Assembly (NCBI GenBank): GCA_964016885.1
Contig: OZ024742.1
Span: forward strand, 62,124,001-62,188,000
Length of the DNA: 64,000 nt
Source: Eledone cirrhosa
Taxonomy: Eukaryota
Direction: 5' to 3'
The stretch's first letter is position 1, and every line of letters starts with the position of its first letter. A program made the position numbers and the translations under genes. The notes beneath the pieces were generated by a model. The model was not told the DNA's origin. It ran no database searches and saw only the letters and a list, made by a program, of their open reading frames with translations. Of the stretch, positions 27,207-38,204 are shown in pieces.

Positions 27207-27559
27207 CACCGAGTATTTTAATGAATGTTCGGTGAACCGATACGTGCATATATATATGTGTGCATGTATGTATATATATACATACTGCTGTGCGTCTGTA
27301 TACATATATGTATGTACGTATACATACATGTATACTTACATTTAAGTAAGTGCCGTACTAAGAGTGAGAAATGAAATTTCGTTTCATTCTATTCCATTTA
27401 TATATATATATATATATATAGTTTTGCGTGGTTTTTGATATGAAATCGTGTGTCGAAACAAATATTGTTATACTTGGGGAGGGTCATATTTGTGTAATAA
27501 TATTGCCAGAATTAATAACAGAACACAGTCACTGTTTGGTTGGTTTTCGCGAAAACCAA

Positions 27560-30368
27560 CCAAACAGTGTCAGTAACAAGATTAGATTAGTTGTAGGCAA
27601 TAGACTGCTGACGATTAACTCTACCTATGCTCCCCAGGCGGGCCTAGGTAAAGAAGAGAAGAACTGCTTTTACGAGCAACTTCTAGAGAAAACCACAATG
27701 ACAGAAGACAGAGACCTAGTTATACTAGCAAGTGACTTCAATGGTCATGTTGGACAGCTCCAGGATGGATACACTGGGGTACATGGTGGTCATGATTACG
27801 GCTCAAGTAACGAAGAAAGAGTGAGGCTTCTTGAATTTTGTGATGCAAGTGAACTAACCATTTGCAACACTAACTTCAAGAAACATATCAACCACCTAAT
27901 AACATACCAATCAGACGAGCACATAAGCCAGATTGACTTCTTGCTAGTTAGGTAACGATAGACAGATGGTGTCAAATACTAAGGCATACCCCAGGAAGAA
28001 TGTACCCCACCAACATAGGTTAGTCGTTAGTGACATCTCAATAAACAAGAGACAAAATGAGACATGCAGGAAGGCGTGGAAAAGGAAGGTCTGGAAGCTA
28101 AAAGACCTTTCACTAAAATATAAATTTAGGAAAGCCCGTCAAGATGTGCATGACGAAAAAAGAAGACGAGTTAGAATCGTATGACAGATGATAACTGAAA
28201 TTTCTTACGTGACAACTTACTGCAGGTTACTGAAGAGACTTGTGGCTGGAGCAGAGCTCCAACCAGATAGAGGGTGACCTTGTGGTGGAATAACACGGTA
28301 GATAGAGCCATTAAAGACAAAAGACTAGTATGGAAGGCTTGGAAAAATGGTGGGTGTAGAGACCGATACTCAGCCGCTAAAAGAGAGGCTAGATGTCAGG
28401 TATACTTAGCTCGCAGGGAAGCTGAGAGTAGGAGGTTTGCCAATGTTGTGCGACGAGAAGATCAGAGACGTGCGGTGTTCCGCATTGCAAGGCAGTGTAT
28501 CAGTGTAAATCAGGATGTTGTTGGAGATAAGTGTGTCCGAAATGATGCCGGTGCACTTAGTGTCACTGATGCTCAGAAAAAGGAGGCCCGGAAATGTCAT
28601 TATGAGAGACTGATAAATGTTGAGAATGAATGGGAGTGAGAGAAACTACCCCCAGTAGACCCGACAGAGGGAGCATCTATTGAGATTGACAACTGTAGGG
28701 TCATAGAGGCAATTAAAGAAATGAAAAGTACTAAGGCCGCTGGACCGTCAGTGATAGTTGCTGACATGCTGAAGGCATCAGGAGAAGTAGGAACTAAACT
28801 GGTTGCACGCATCGTCAATCAAGCTTTATATGGTGGAGTCATACCCAAAGACTAGTGCAGCAGTATTCTTATAAATTGCTACAAAGGTAAAGGGGATGCT
28901 CTGGAGAGGAGCAATTATGGGGGCATAAAACTGATGGATCAGGTTATGAAAGTGGCAGAGAGAATATTAGCGCAACTGATTAGAGAAAGGATCAATTTAG
29001 ATGCGATGCAGTTTGGTTTTGTGCCTCGGAAAAGTACAACAGATGTCTTCTTCTTAGTGAGGCAACTACAAGAGAGGTTCTTAGAGAAGAATAAGCCACT
29101 ATACTTAGCTTTTGTTGACCTAGAGAAGGCTTTTGGAGTAACCCCGATCTGTCATCTGGTGGTCCCTAATGAAACTAGGTATAGAGGAATGGCTTGTAAG
29201 AACAGTGCAAGCTATGTACAGAGGTGCTGTCAGTAAAGTGAGAGTAGGAATGGAGTTTAGTGAGGAGTTCCAGTTACAAGTAGGAGTGCATTAGGGTTCG
29301 GTCCTCAGCCCACTCTAGTTCATTATAGTTCTCCAAGCCATATCAGAGGAGTTTAAGACTCGCTGCCCATGGGAACTTCTCTATGCTGACGATCTGGTAC
29401 TTATAGCAGAATCAGTAGAGGAGCTAGAGAATAAATTCTGGCTATGGAAACAGCAGTTAGAATCAAGAGGACTGAGAGTGAACCTAGATAAGACTAAAGT
29501 GTTGATAAGTAGAAAAAAGGACAAAACTTTGATTCCACCAGGGAAATGGCCTTGTTCGATATTCAGAAAAGGCGTTGGCATAAATTCTATAGAATGTACA
29601 CAATGCAGATCTTTGGTACACAAGAGATGTAGTAGGATAGCAGGCAAACTAACTGGTAGGGAAAACTACATATGCAGTAGATGTTCAGGGAAATTTGACA
29701 GTAGAAGTCGCAGTGATAGACACATTTTTTAGATAAGATCTATAGAGGTGGTTGATAGCTTCCGATATCTAGGCGATCAGATTAGCAAGGGAGGGGGTAC
29801 TCCGAGGCCATTGTATCTAGAATAAGGCTGGGTTGGAAAAAGTTTAGTGAGCTGCTTCCTCTGTTGACAAAGAAGGGTTTCTCCCTACGAACGAAAGGCC
29901 GGTTATATGATGCCTGTGTGAAATGTGCAATGTTGCATGTTAGTGAGACATGGGCAGCAACTGCGGAGGATATGCGACGGCTGGAGAGAAATGAAGCAAG
30001 CATGCTCCGTTGGATGTGCAATGTCAATGTGCGTGAATGACTAACCATGGACGAGTTGAGAGAGAAGCTGTGTATAAGAGGGATAAGCTGTAGTGTGCGA
30101 GAGAGAAGACTGCATTGGTATGGACATGTGATGCGCATGGAGGATGACCAGTGGGTAAAGAAGGGCCAAGAAATCCCAGTGGAAGGAAGACGCAGTAGCG
30201 GAAGACCACGAAAATCATGGGCGGAGTTGGTGAGAGCTGACCTCAGATCGCTGAAGCTCACAGAGGAGATGACGAAGGACCGTGAAGAATGGTGAGATGC
30301 TGTGCTGAATATGACCCATCCCACCCATGCAAGCAGGGAAAATGGGGAGTAAAATGATGATGATGATG
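27560..30368 (+). mobile_element. RTE-clade LINE, 5'-truncated APE + RT, many stops and frameshifts
   Basis: STYAPQ, SDFNGHVG, SQIDF; QFGF, LAFVDLEKAF, ELLYADDL, RLHWYGHVMR; (GAT)n tail. Confidence 0.92.
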
Positions 30369-30442
30369 TTATATATATATATGAAAAAAATTATCTTTTT
30401 TTTACCCCCCCCCCCCGCATTATTTGGTAATTACTTTAATGA

Positions 30443-30472
<30 letters not shown>

Positions 30473-30473
<1 letters not shown>

Positions 30474-30650
30474 ACAAATTTAATATAGAAATGTCTTCTA
30501 CGGCACTAGAACTGTTTCCTGATGAGTTTCTTCGAATGAAACTGTTCTAGTCCTGTAGAAGCCATTTCTATATTAAATTTGTTGCATACACTTTACTAAT
30601 GTATTGAGTACCTTACTTACTGTTATTATCCCATATTGAACCTGGGACTC
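30473..30650 (+). repeat. Fold-back palindrome with hammerhead core at its centre plus tail
   Basis: Arms span 30473-30583; CTGATGA 30519-30525, GAAAC 30538-30542, GTC 30550-30552; tail containing gtattgagtac. Confidence 0.75.
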
Positions 30651-30707
30651 ACACACACACACACACACAGACACACACAGACACACACACAGACACACAC
30701 ACAGACA

Positions 30708-30804
<97 letters not shown>

Positions 30805-30832
30805 AGAATGAAGAAAAATATTGGGCTCCTAC

Positions 30833-31104
30833 CTCGATTGCAAAATTACTTCTTGGTGTGTCCATGTCGGATACATTTTCCCAGCTATTGGTTTCCTGGT
30901 TGTATCTTTCAACAGAGCTAAGACGATTAACCCCGTTGAATCCTCCCAAGGCATATAGAAAATGGTTGTGGGCAACAATACGGACGCCACTTCTAAGGCT
31001 TAACATAGGTGAAATCAATGTCCATTGATTTAAACCTGATTCGTAATATTCAGCTGAATTGAGAATCTCTTGACCATCAAATCCTCCACATATGTAAATA
31101 TGAT
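30833..31104 (-). CDS. KLHL10: KLHL10-like coding exon 4 (DHIYICGGFDGQEILNSAEYY...RSGV...PRSNFAIE)
   Basis: Acceptor ctttag|AT, donor GAG|gtagga; 272 nt, phase 1 to 0; two Kelch repeats. Confidence 0.92.
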
Positions 31105-31224
31105 CTAAAGTAAAACGAGAAGTAAAAACAAAAACAAAAGCAAAATGAAAATCATAGAAATTAATAAGTATGTTAATATTTAGTAAAAGGTGTATGAGTA
31201 AAGACCCTTACCGTTCATGAATGA

Positions 31225-31532
31225 CCATAGAATTTGCATCTAGAAAGTTCCCCTCCGAAACACAAGCCCGAGCAAGTTGTTTTTGGTGAAGACCAGCAGT
31301 CACCCAAGCGTACCATACTCCCCTCTCCACACCACCGATGTCATCCAAGGGAGTGGCAAAGGCTTATTCAGCTTGTCACCAGTGGCGTTGCGACTAATTT
31401 TTTTCTAGCTGAATGAACTGGAGCAACGTAAAGTAAAGTGTCTTGCTCAAGGACACAACGCACCGTTCGTTCTCGGAATCGAATTCACAACTTCACGATT
31501 GTAAGCTTAACGCTCAAACCACTAAACCATGT
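31225..31532 (-). mobile_element. tRNA-derived SINE (second family)
   Basis: tRNA head tggtttagtggtt...attcgattcc; gtgtccttgagcaagacacttt core. Related copies at 43460-43740(-), 19705-19900(+) and about 2090-2300(-). Confidence 0.7.
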
Positions 31533-32026
31533 GATAATTAGTAAAGATGTGATAATTACTGAATTCATTGACAATGTTAATCTCCTTTGTTAGTGACCAC
31601 CAGTACTACTTTCGAAGGACCAGATACACCGGCGGTCTACAACTCATTTCAATCTCCAATTGATTATTGACAACGTTACATAATTGTTTCTATTTTAGGT
31701 ACAAGGCTAGCAATTTTGGGGGAGAGGAAAGTCGATTAAATCGACTCCAGTACATTACTAGTGCTTTATTTTATCGACCCCGTAAGGATGAAAGGCAAAG
31801 CTAACCTCGGCGTGATTTTAACTCAGAACGTAAAGGGTCCTAACTCTATGTCTCTAAGAATAATGTCTGAGGCTCTACCGATACTGCCACTCCATCGCCC
31901 TATCTATAGAATGGGTTTCCGCAAAGCTGACCCTCTACAAAATATTTACAAAGGTATATCTATGTGCGAACTCTTGATCAGTGTTAAATTAATATTTTTT
32001 GAAAATAAAACTGCAAAAGTATTTAC

Positions 32027-32196
32027 CATACAGCACTGTAGCACTAGCGTCACTGCGTTGGTGGTGCATGGGTTGTATAAAGCTCCATTGATTCTTGCTT
32101 CTATTGTAGCGTTCGGCCGTATTTTGACGTACTTGGCCATCATAACCTCCCATAGCATATATAAAGGAGTGCAACACTACCACACTGATGTAGCAT
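32027..32196 (-). CDS. KLHL10: KLHL10-like coding exon 3 (CYISVVVLHSFIYAMGGYDGQVRQNTAERY...MHHQRSDASATVLY)
   Basis: Acceptor ttacag|A, donor G|gtaaat; 170 nt, phase 2 to 1; KLHL10-typical RCY.SV and QRSDASAT motifs. Confidence 0.92.
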
Positions 32197-32320
32197 CTGT
32201 AATATAGAACATAGTATTATGACCTGGAGTGAGAGGGAACGTGCAAGATAACGAGAGGGAGAGAGAGGTAGTCAGAGAGAGAGAGAGAGAATACGTCAGA
32301 CCCCACCCTCTCTCTATTTA

Positions 32321-32702
32321 TCTATATAATACTAAAAGTCTGTGATTGCTTGTTTGTCTGTAATATAATATAGCCAAAAGGGCACATAATAGGAAAATAT
32401 TTTGAAAGGAATTTGCCCCTGAAATGGGAATTCAAATGGAATAAAACAAGTTTCGCGTAAATCGGAGGACGGGTTCCCGAGATATGGGGTTTTTTCCGGG
32501 TAGCTTCATAAACAAAGAGAGAGAAAGATAGAGAAGAAGAGATAGTGGTTGTGATAGAGTAGATTGAAAGAGAGACACAAGAGGGAGAGGAGACAGAGAA
32601 GGACAATGGAAGAGAGCTGGTGGTGTTGTTGTGTATATATATATATGTGAGTGTGTGTGTGTCTATGACCAATGCATATAGATCAAAGACACCCACATAT
32701 AT

Positions 32703-32784
<82 letters not shown>

Positions 32785-32785
32785 T

Positions 32786-32819
<34 letters not shown>

Positions 32820-32990
32820 TTTATATATACACATACACCCACGTATATATATGGGCCTTCCAGTTTTATTTCACATTATATACATGTCTGTATATTTTAA
32901 TTATTTGAAAATTATTCTTAAGTGAACATGATTTAAAAAAAAAAAAATATTTTGAAGTGAACGTGACCCAACGGGTCACAGGTAGTCTAG
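32321..32990 (+). mobile_element. Non-autonomous Helitron; a second head-to-tail copy follows at 32991-33375
   Basis: A|TCTATATAATACTAAAAG...GTGACCC-aac-GGGTCAC...CTAG|T. Confidence 0.8.
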
Positions 32991-33379
32991 TATACTACTA
33001 AAACTCTGCGATTGCTTGCTTGTCTGTAATGTAATACAGCCAAAAGGGCACATAATGGGAAAATACTTTGAAAGGAAGTTGACCCTGAAATGGGAATACA
33101 AATGGAATAAAACTAAGTTTCGCGTAAATCGGAGGACGGGTTCCCGAGATATGGGGTTTTTCCGGGTACGTTCATAAACAGAGAGAGAAAGAGATAGTGG
33201 TTGTGAGAGAGTAGATTAAAAGAGGGACATAGAGAGAGGGGGAGGAGACAGAGAAGGAGAATGGAAGAGAAAGAGAGAGAGAGAGCTGTTGATATTGTGT
33301 ATATATGTGAGTGTGTGTATATGACTAGTGTATATAGATCACAGACACCCACATACACACACACACACACACATATATA

Positions 33380-35893
33380 TCTATATATATAAAGGGAAGA
33401 TGGACATTGTTTGGTGTACCGAACTTGCATGCTACACCGTTCATCTAATTTTCATGAAACCTCACACATATATAAAACTCAACGCGTAGAGTGGAATAGG
33501 CTACTTGAAATTTTCGAAAAATCGATAATCGGGCCCTATGACAATGTTTTTCGATTTCAATGAAATTTTATGTGAATTCGAACACAAGAACTCTTAGTTT
33601 ACATCTGGCGCAATAAAAATAAATTTCATATGCCCATATAAGGACGTGCGTTATTGATTGGACGGCCAGCTGCATGTCTTCCCAGCTGTCTCAGTAAACG
33701 ACCGACCATTAAAGAGTTTATCTTTTCATATTTCACTTATTCAAGTGGAAATACAGTATTATCCCTATCTGAAAAGGGAACCAAATTTAATGGTGTCTTT
33801 TGTGATTCTAAAAGCTGTGAGTAAATTTTCAAACAGTCTTAAATAATCATGCTTTTTGAAAAAAAAATTACTAAATAATACGTTGACCAAGTTGTATTGT
33901 ACACATACAAAGTTGTAAAAAATGTTACGTCGTACCAATGTTTTCCTTTTTTAAACAAAAGATTCTAAAAAATTACTTAATTTATAATACAGTCTTTTGC
34001 ACAGGAAATGAGTAACTTTTCGGGTGTTTAAACGTAAGTTCACCAGGGTTTGTGTCTTCATTATTAGCCCACCTCTAATGGCATTTTTTGTTCTGCTTAC
34101 GACTAAATGTTATGAGCGTATTTGCAATTAATTGCGCACACGTGCACACCTGCATGCAGATAGACACTGACAGCCAATAAAAAAATCGATAACTTGCTTA
34201 TTAAGATATCGGTCAAAAAGAGAGATTGAATGTACTTTAGAACATTTTTTGAATATATTGTTCTTTTTGGCATGATATGTCAGAAATATAGCTACTATAC
34301 ACTTTGGTTATTTTTTGTAACTAAAAAACCGTTCCTTTTGGGTGGATACTTAACGAGAAAAATCCTAGGGTTTTGGACAAGTTTGTTTCAGGCGCTGTAT
34401 AGACGCCTATTTTGTCACACCTTGGTCATGAATTCGTATTCTTTTCCAATAGATATTTTCCGCTCTATAAGGATCACCAGGATATAAGGCGTATCATTTA
34501 AAATCAGGTCCGCGCAATGGCGTGTAAGGCCAACCAGGAAAATGCTATCTTCTTTACTTTTAGTCTAGATCTATTACTTCTGTTAGAGCCGTGATTGATT
34601 ACCATTGTATTATTTATACATAAGCCTCACCGGAGTATAAAGCGCAGAGCTGTTTTTTGATTAAATTTAATTATTTTAAGTGCAATTTATAGATCGGAAA
34701 ATTCGGTAAGTTATTGTAATTATATTTCCAAACCTTCCCATTCACCAGTAACCATGCTAACGAATCTGGTGTCATCTCTCTCTGTATTTAATCACCTCTC
34801 TCTAACCTAACAGCTTCGTTACACGTCGTTATGCCCACACGGAAACGTTCAAGACTTACCTCCAAAAAAGGTACAGCTACTGCTTTGAGACAACGAATTA
34901 GGCGTTCTCAGGTATGAGTTCATTCACAATTGATTAATCCTTTATGCAATATTCTCCCTTAATGTTAGCAAGTACTGCGTTTATCCTAACTGTCACCACT
35001 TTTAAGCAACTACAACATTCTAATCGTAGTTATATTAAATTTATTGTCTTACCTTGATTCCCTTTTGTTCATGTTAGATTTTTCTCATTTACTATTGACA
35101 CTGCCATTGGCTTAGCTAACCAGTAGAATTAATTAATTTTCTCTAGGAAACACCTGCTGAGCGCGAATCTCGACTCGCTGATAGACGTCTTTCCCGGCTG
35201 GTTGAGTCACCAACATCACGTACGACAAGGCTTGCTGATGTTCGCCTTCGTCGCCAACAAGCGCTGACGGAGGAATCACCAACATCCCGTCAGACGAGGC
35301 TTGAGGCTGTGGCAAAGGGCAATAACGCTAGATACAATTTTGATCAACTTTTTTTCACCTATAGCAAATTTACCGGGACAGGTTTTTAGCTACTCAAATC
35401 TACTTCAGAGATCACGCATTGATGTAAAAAATCAATAAAACTGAAGCGGGGCTCGACTTTGCGCAAAAAAACAAGGCAAAGTTACACATGGGAAAACTTT
35501 TTACAGGAACGTCCTATATTCTTGAAACTGTCACAAAAGACTCGCTATTATGCTGCGGTTAAGATAAAGGCCCTTTTAATTCTTCTTCTGCACATGTGAG
35601 CGCAAAAATTGTAAAAAAAAAGAACCCTGAAAGTAATCGACATTTTCACACTGCTTTAAATTAACTGAACATTCAATATCAAGCGATTTTGACTTCCGTC
35701 AGTCGTGCAGAGAACAATTTCAACGATACACTGTGTAACTACAATTAATAAATTACACACCTGTGTCTACTAACCTATTTTTTTTCATTGAAGTTCGAAG
35801 TTTTGAACCTGTGATGCGCGGGAAGTAACTTTCACACATTCTAACAGACCAAAGGTCGACTTACACCCGGGCAACGCCGGGTACTTCTGCTAG
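33380..35893 (+). mobile_element. Non-autonomous Helitron carrying a spliced STPR mini-ORF
   Basis: A|TCTATATATATAAAG 5' end; cccgggcaacgccggg hairpin followed by CTAG|T. Confidence 0.72.
34831..35389 (+). CDS. Two-exon STPR-repeat ORF (34831-34911 + 35147-35389, 107 aa), Helitron RepHel N-terminus-like
   Basis: MPTRKRSRL...RIRRSQ|gtatga ... ttttctctag|ETPAERESRLADRR...ESPTSRTTRL...EESPTSRQTRL; phase-0 GT-AG intron. Confidence 0.6.
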
Positions 35894-35952
35894 TATATAT
35901 ATATATATTACAACACAACGGAAAATACTGTATATATATATATATATATATA

Positions 35953-36134
35953 TATAGAAGGAGCTTCTACAGGACTAGTACTGTTTCATTCATATGAAAT
36001 CTTCTGAAGATTTCATCTGAATGAAACAGTACTAGTCCTGTAGAAGCTCCTTCTATAAAATAAAAATTTTTTACTCTGCCATGTATTGAGTACCTTACTT
36101 ACTGTGGTTATCCCCGACTCAACCCGGGACCTAC

Positions 36135-36135
<1 letters not shown>
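35953..36135 (+). repeat. Fold-back palindrome with CTGAAGA...GAAAC...GTC core plus tail
   Basis: Near-perfect arms spanning 35953-36057, centre 36005; same family as 30473-30650; flanked by (TA)n. Confidence 0.8.
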
Positions 36136-36206
<71 letters not shown>

Positions 36207-36315
36207 AGTATTTTCCGTAGTGTTGTAATATGAATATTACACACAGTAGATGGACAGCTCACGTAGGGTTTGCTCGACGGTTCAGTTGTAGTTTCAAAAG
36301 TAATCCGGAGAAAAT

Positions 36316-36575
36316 AGGATTTAAATGGATACAGTTCAGTAAAAGGAATTTATTGACACGTGTTTCAATAACAGTTATATAACCTGAAAACAGCTGCTAT
36401 CTACAAAGTATTAATTATGCAGACACTCAATATTTCAATGTTATTTTCAACATTGAAATATTGAGTGTCTGCATAATTAATACTTTGTAGATAGCAGCTG
36501 TTTTCAGGTTATATAACTGTTATTGAAACACGTGTCAATAAATTCCTTTTACTGAACTGTATCCATTTAAATCCT
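36316..36575. repeat. Perfect ~127-bp-arm palindrome carrying the hammerhead 3' half GAAACACGTGTC
   Basis: Arms 36316-36442 and 36449-36575; one-sided tail 36207-36315. Confidence 0.88.
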
Positions 36576-37666
36576 TCTATATATATATGTATATATATAA
36601 AATTAAGTATGTGTGTGTGTGTCTGTGTATTACCTATAGGGGCCTACATCTTACGACCGATTTTCATGAAACTTTGCAGGCTCATAGATTAGTCATCGGG
36701 GAGTGTTTTCTATATATCAGCGTATCGTTTTTTTTTTTATTCCGGGGTCATTCTGAGATAAAAATAAGATTTTTGGCTCTAGCTCGCACATTTTGCCACC
36801 AATTTCTTTCAAATTTTAAAGCAAATTAGAATTTATCATTGCACATCCTGTAATGGCTTTATATTTTGCATTTGTTGTTCAGGGACGGCGTGGCAGCCGC
36901 TTAAATATTCAAAAATACCACTTTTAGACTCAAATTTCCACTTTTTCGGCTCTAGCTTCCACATTAATCAACCTACTTTGTTCAAATTTTACACTACGCT
37001 AGACCTGATTATTTCACGTCTTAAAGTGGCTTTACATTTTGGATATTTTGTTCAGAAACTGTGTGACAGCCGCTTAAATATTCGAAAATACCACCTTTTC
37101 GGCTCTAGCTCCCACATTTTTCAACCGATTTCGTTCAAATTCGAAACTTCAACTCCACCTCACACACAAATCAATTTATTTGGTTCAACTTTTATACTAC
37201 GATAGAGCCTATTATTGCACATCTTATAGTAGCTTTACACTTTGCATTTTTTGTTCAGGGACGGCGACCTATCATTAGCTCCCACATTTTTCAACCGATT
37301 TCATTCAAATTCGAAACTTCGGCTCCACCTCACACATAAATCAATTTATTTGGTTCAACTTTTATACTACGATAGAACCTATCATTGCACATCTTATAGA
37401 TGGTCAAAGGCAAAACGATGGCCACTGACGTCGTCTGAGCTTTTAGTTGTGTATTTGAGAATTCATCGGTTTCCAATTAAGTAGCGTGAGGAAATTTGGC
37501 TTAGTGTTAGAGGTCATTACCCCCCCCCCCCCCCAGCATGCGCCTTCGTCAGTCACCCGCGTTTCTCAGTGATAGAGGTCATCACCACCCTCCCCCGCAT
37601 GGCCTGTGTGTGGCGAATGATTTAAAAAAAATATATTGAAGTGAACGTGACCCAACGGGTCACAGA
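36576..37666 (+). mobile_element. Non-autonomous Helitron with ~170-bp internal tandem repeats
   Basis: TCTATA 5' end; 3' GTGACCCAACGGGTCAC hairpin shared with 32963; repeats at about 37107 and 37277. Confidence 0.6.
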
Positions 37667-37704
37667 CATATATATATACAATACATACACATACACACTC
37701 ACAC

Positions 37705-37757
<53 letters not shown>

Positions 37758-37830
37758 GGGGCTTCCAACAGAAATGGTCGCATTATTTAAGGGTATGTCA
37801 ATATTTATTTATAAAACTGATCTATATTAT

Positions 37831-37893
37831 ATTTTATCTGATGAAAGCGCACCATAATTTGACTTGGTGTCCTTGAAATATGTATAATAAAAT
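37831..37893 (+). ncRNA. Type-I hammerhead ribozyme motif
   Basis: attttat-CTGATGA-aagcgcacca..tggtgtcctt-GAAA-tatgta-TA-ataaaat; AUA site; lies in a ~260-bp insert between (TA)n tracts. Confidence 0.82.
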
Positions 37894-38171
37894 AAATATA
37901 GTTTCCATTTGTTAGTATATCGTATTTTTACTCCAATAATTTGTTGAGTGCTTTATATCAGTTATAATAATATTTGCTTGTTGCATCCCAACAATTTAAA
38001 TATAACTTCTACATATATATATATATATATATATATGTGTTTAACCCCGACGGCAGAGCTCAAGCCGTTTCGACGGGGTTAAACAATTTCCTATTACCCA
38101 CTCTCCTACCCTAAGTATTGAGTACTCTGGTGCGTTATGGTCCATCTGGTTCCTTACCACACTTCCTTCGT

Positions 38172-38203
<32 letters not shown>

Positions 38204-38204
38204 A

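Noticed and set aside
34706-34712. GTAAGT donor for a 5' UTR exon of the STPR mini-ORF
   Set aside because: Overlaps the end of a probable MITE-like inverted repeat (34453-34708), so it may be coincidental.
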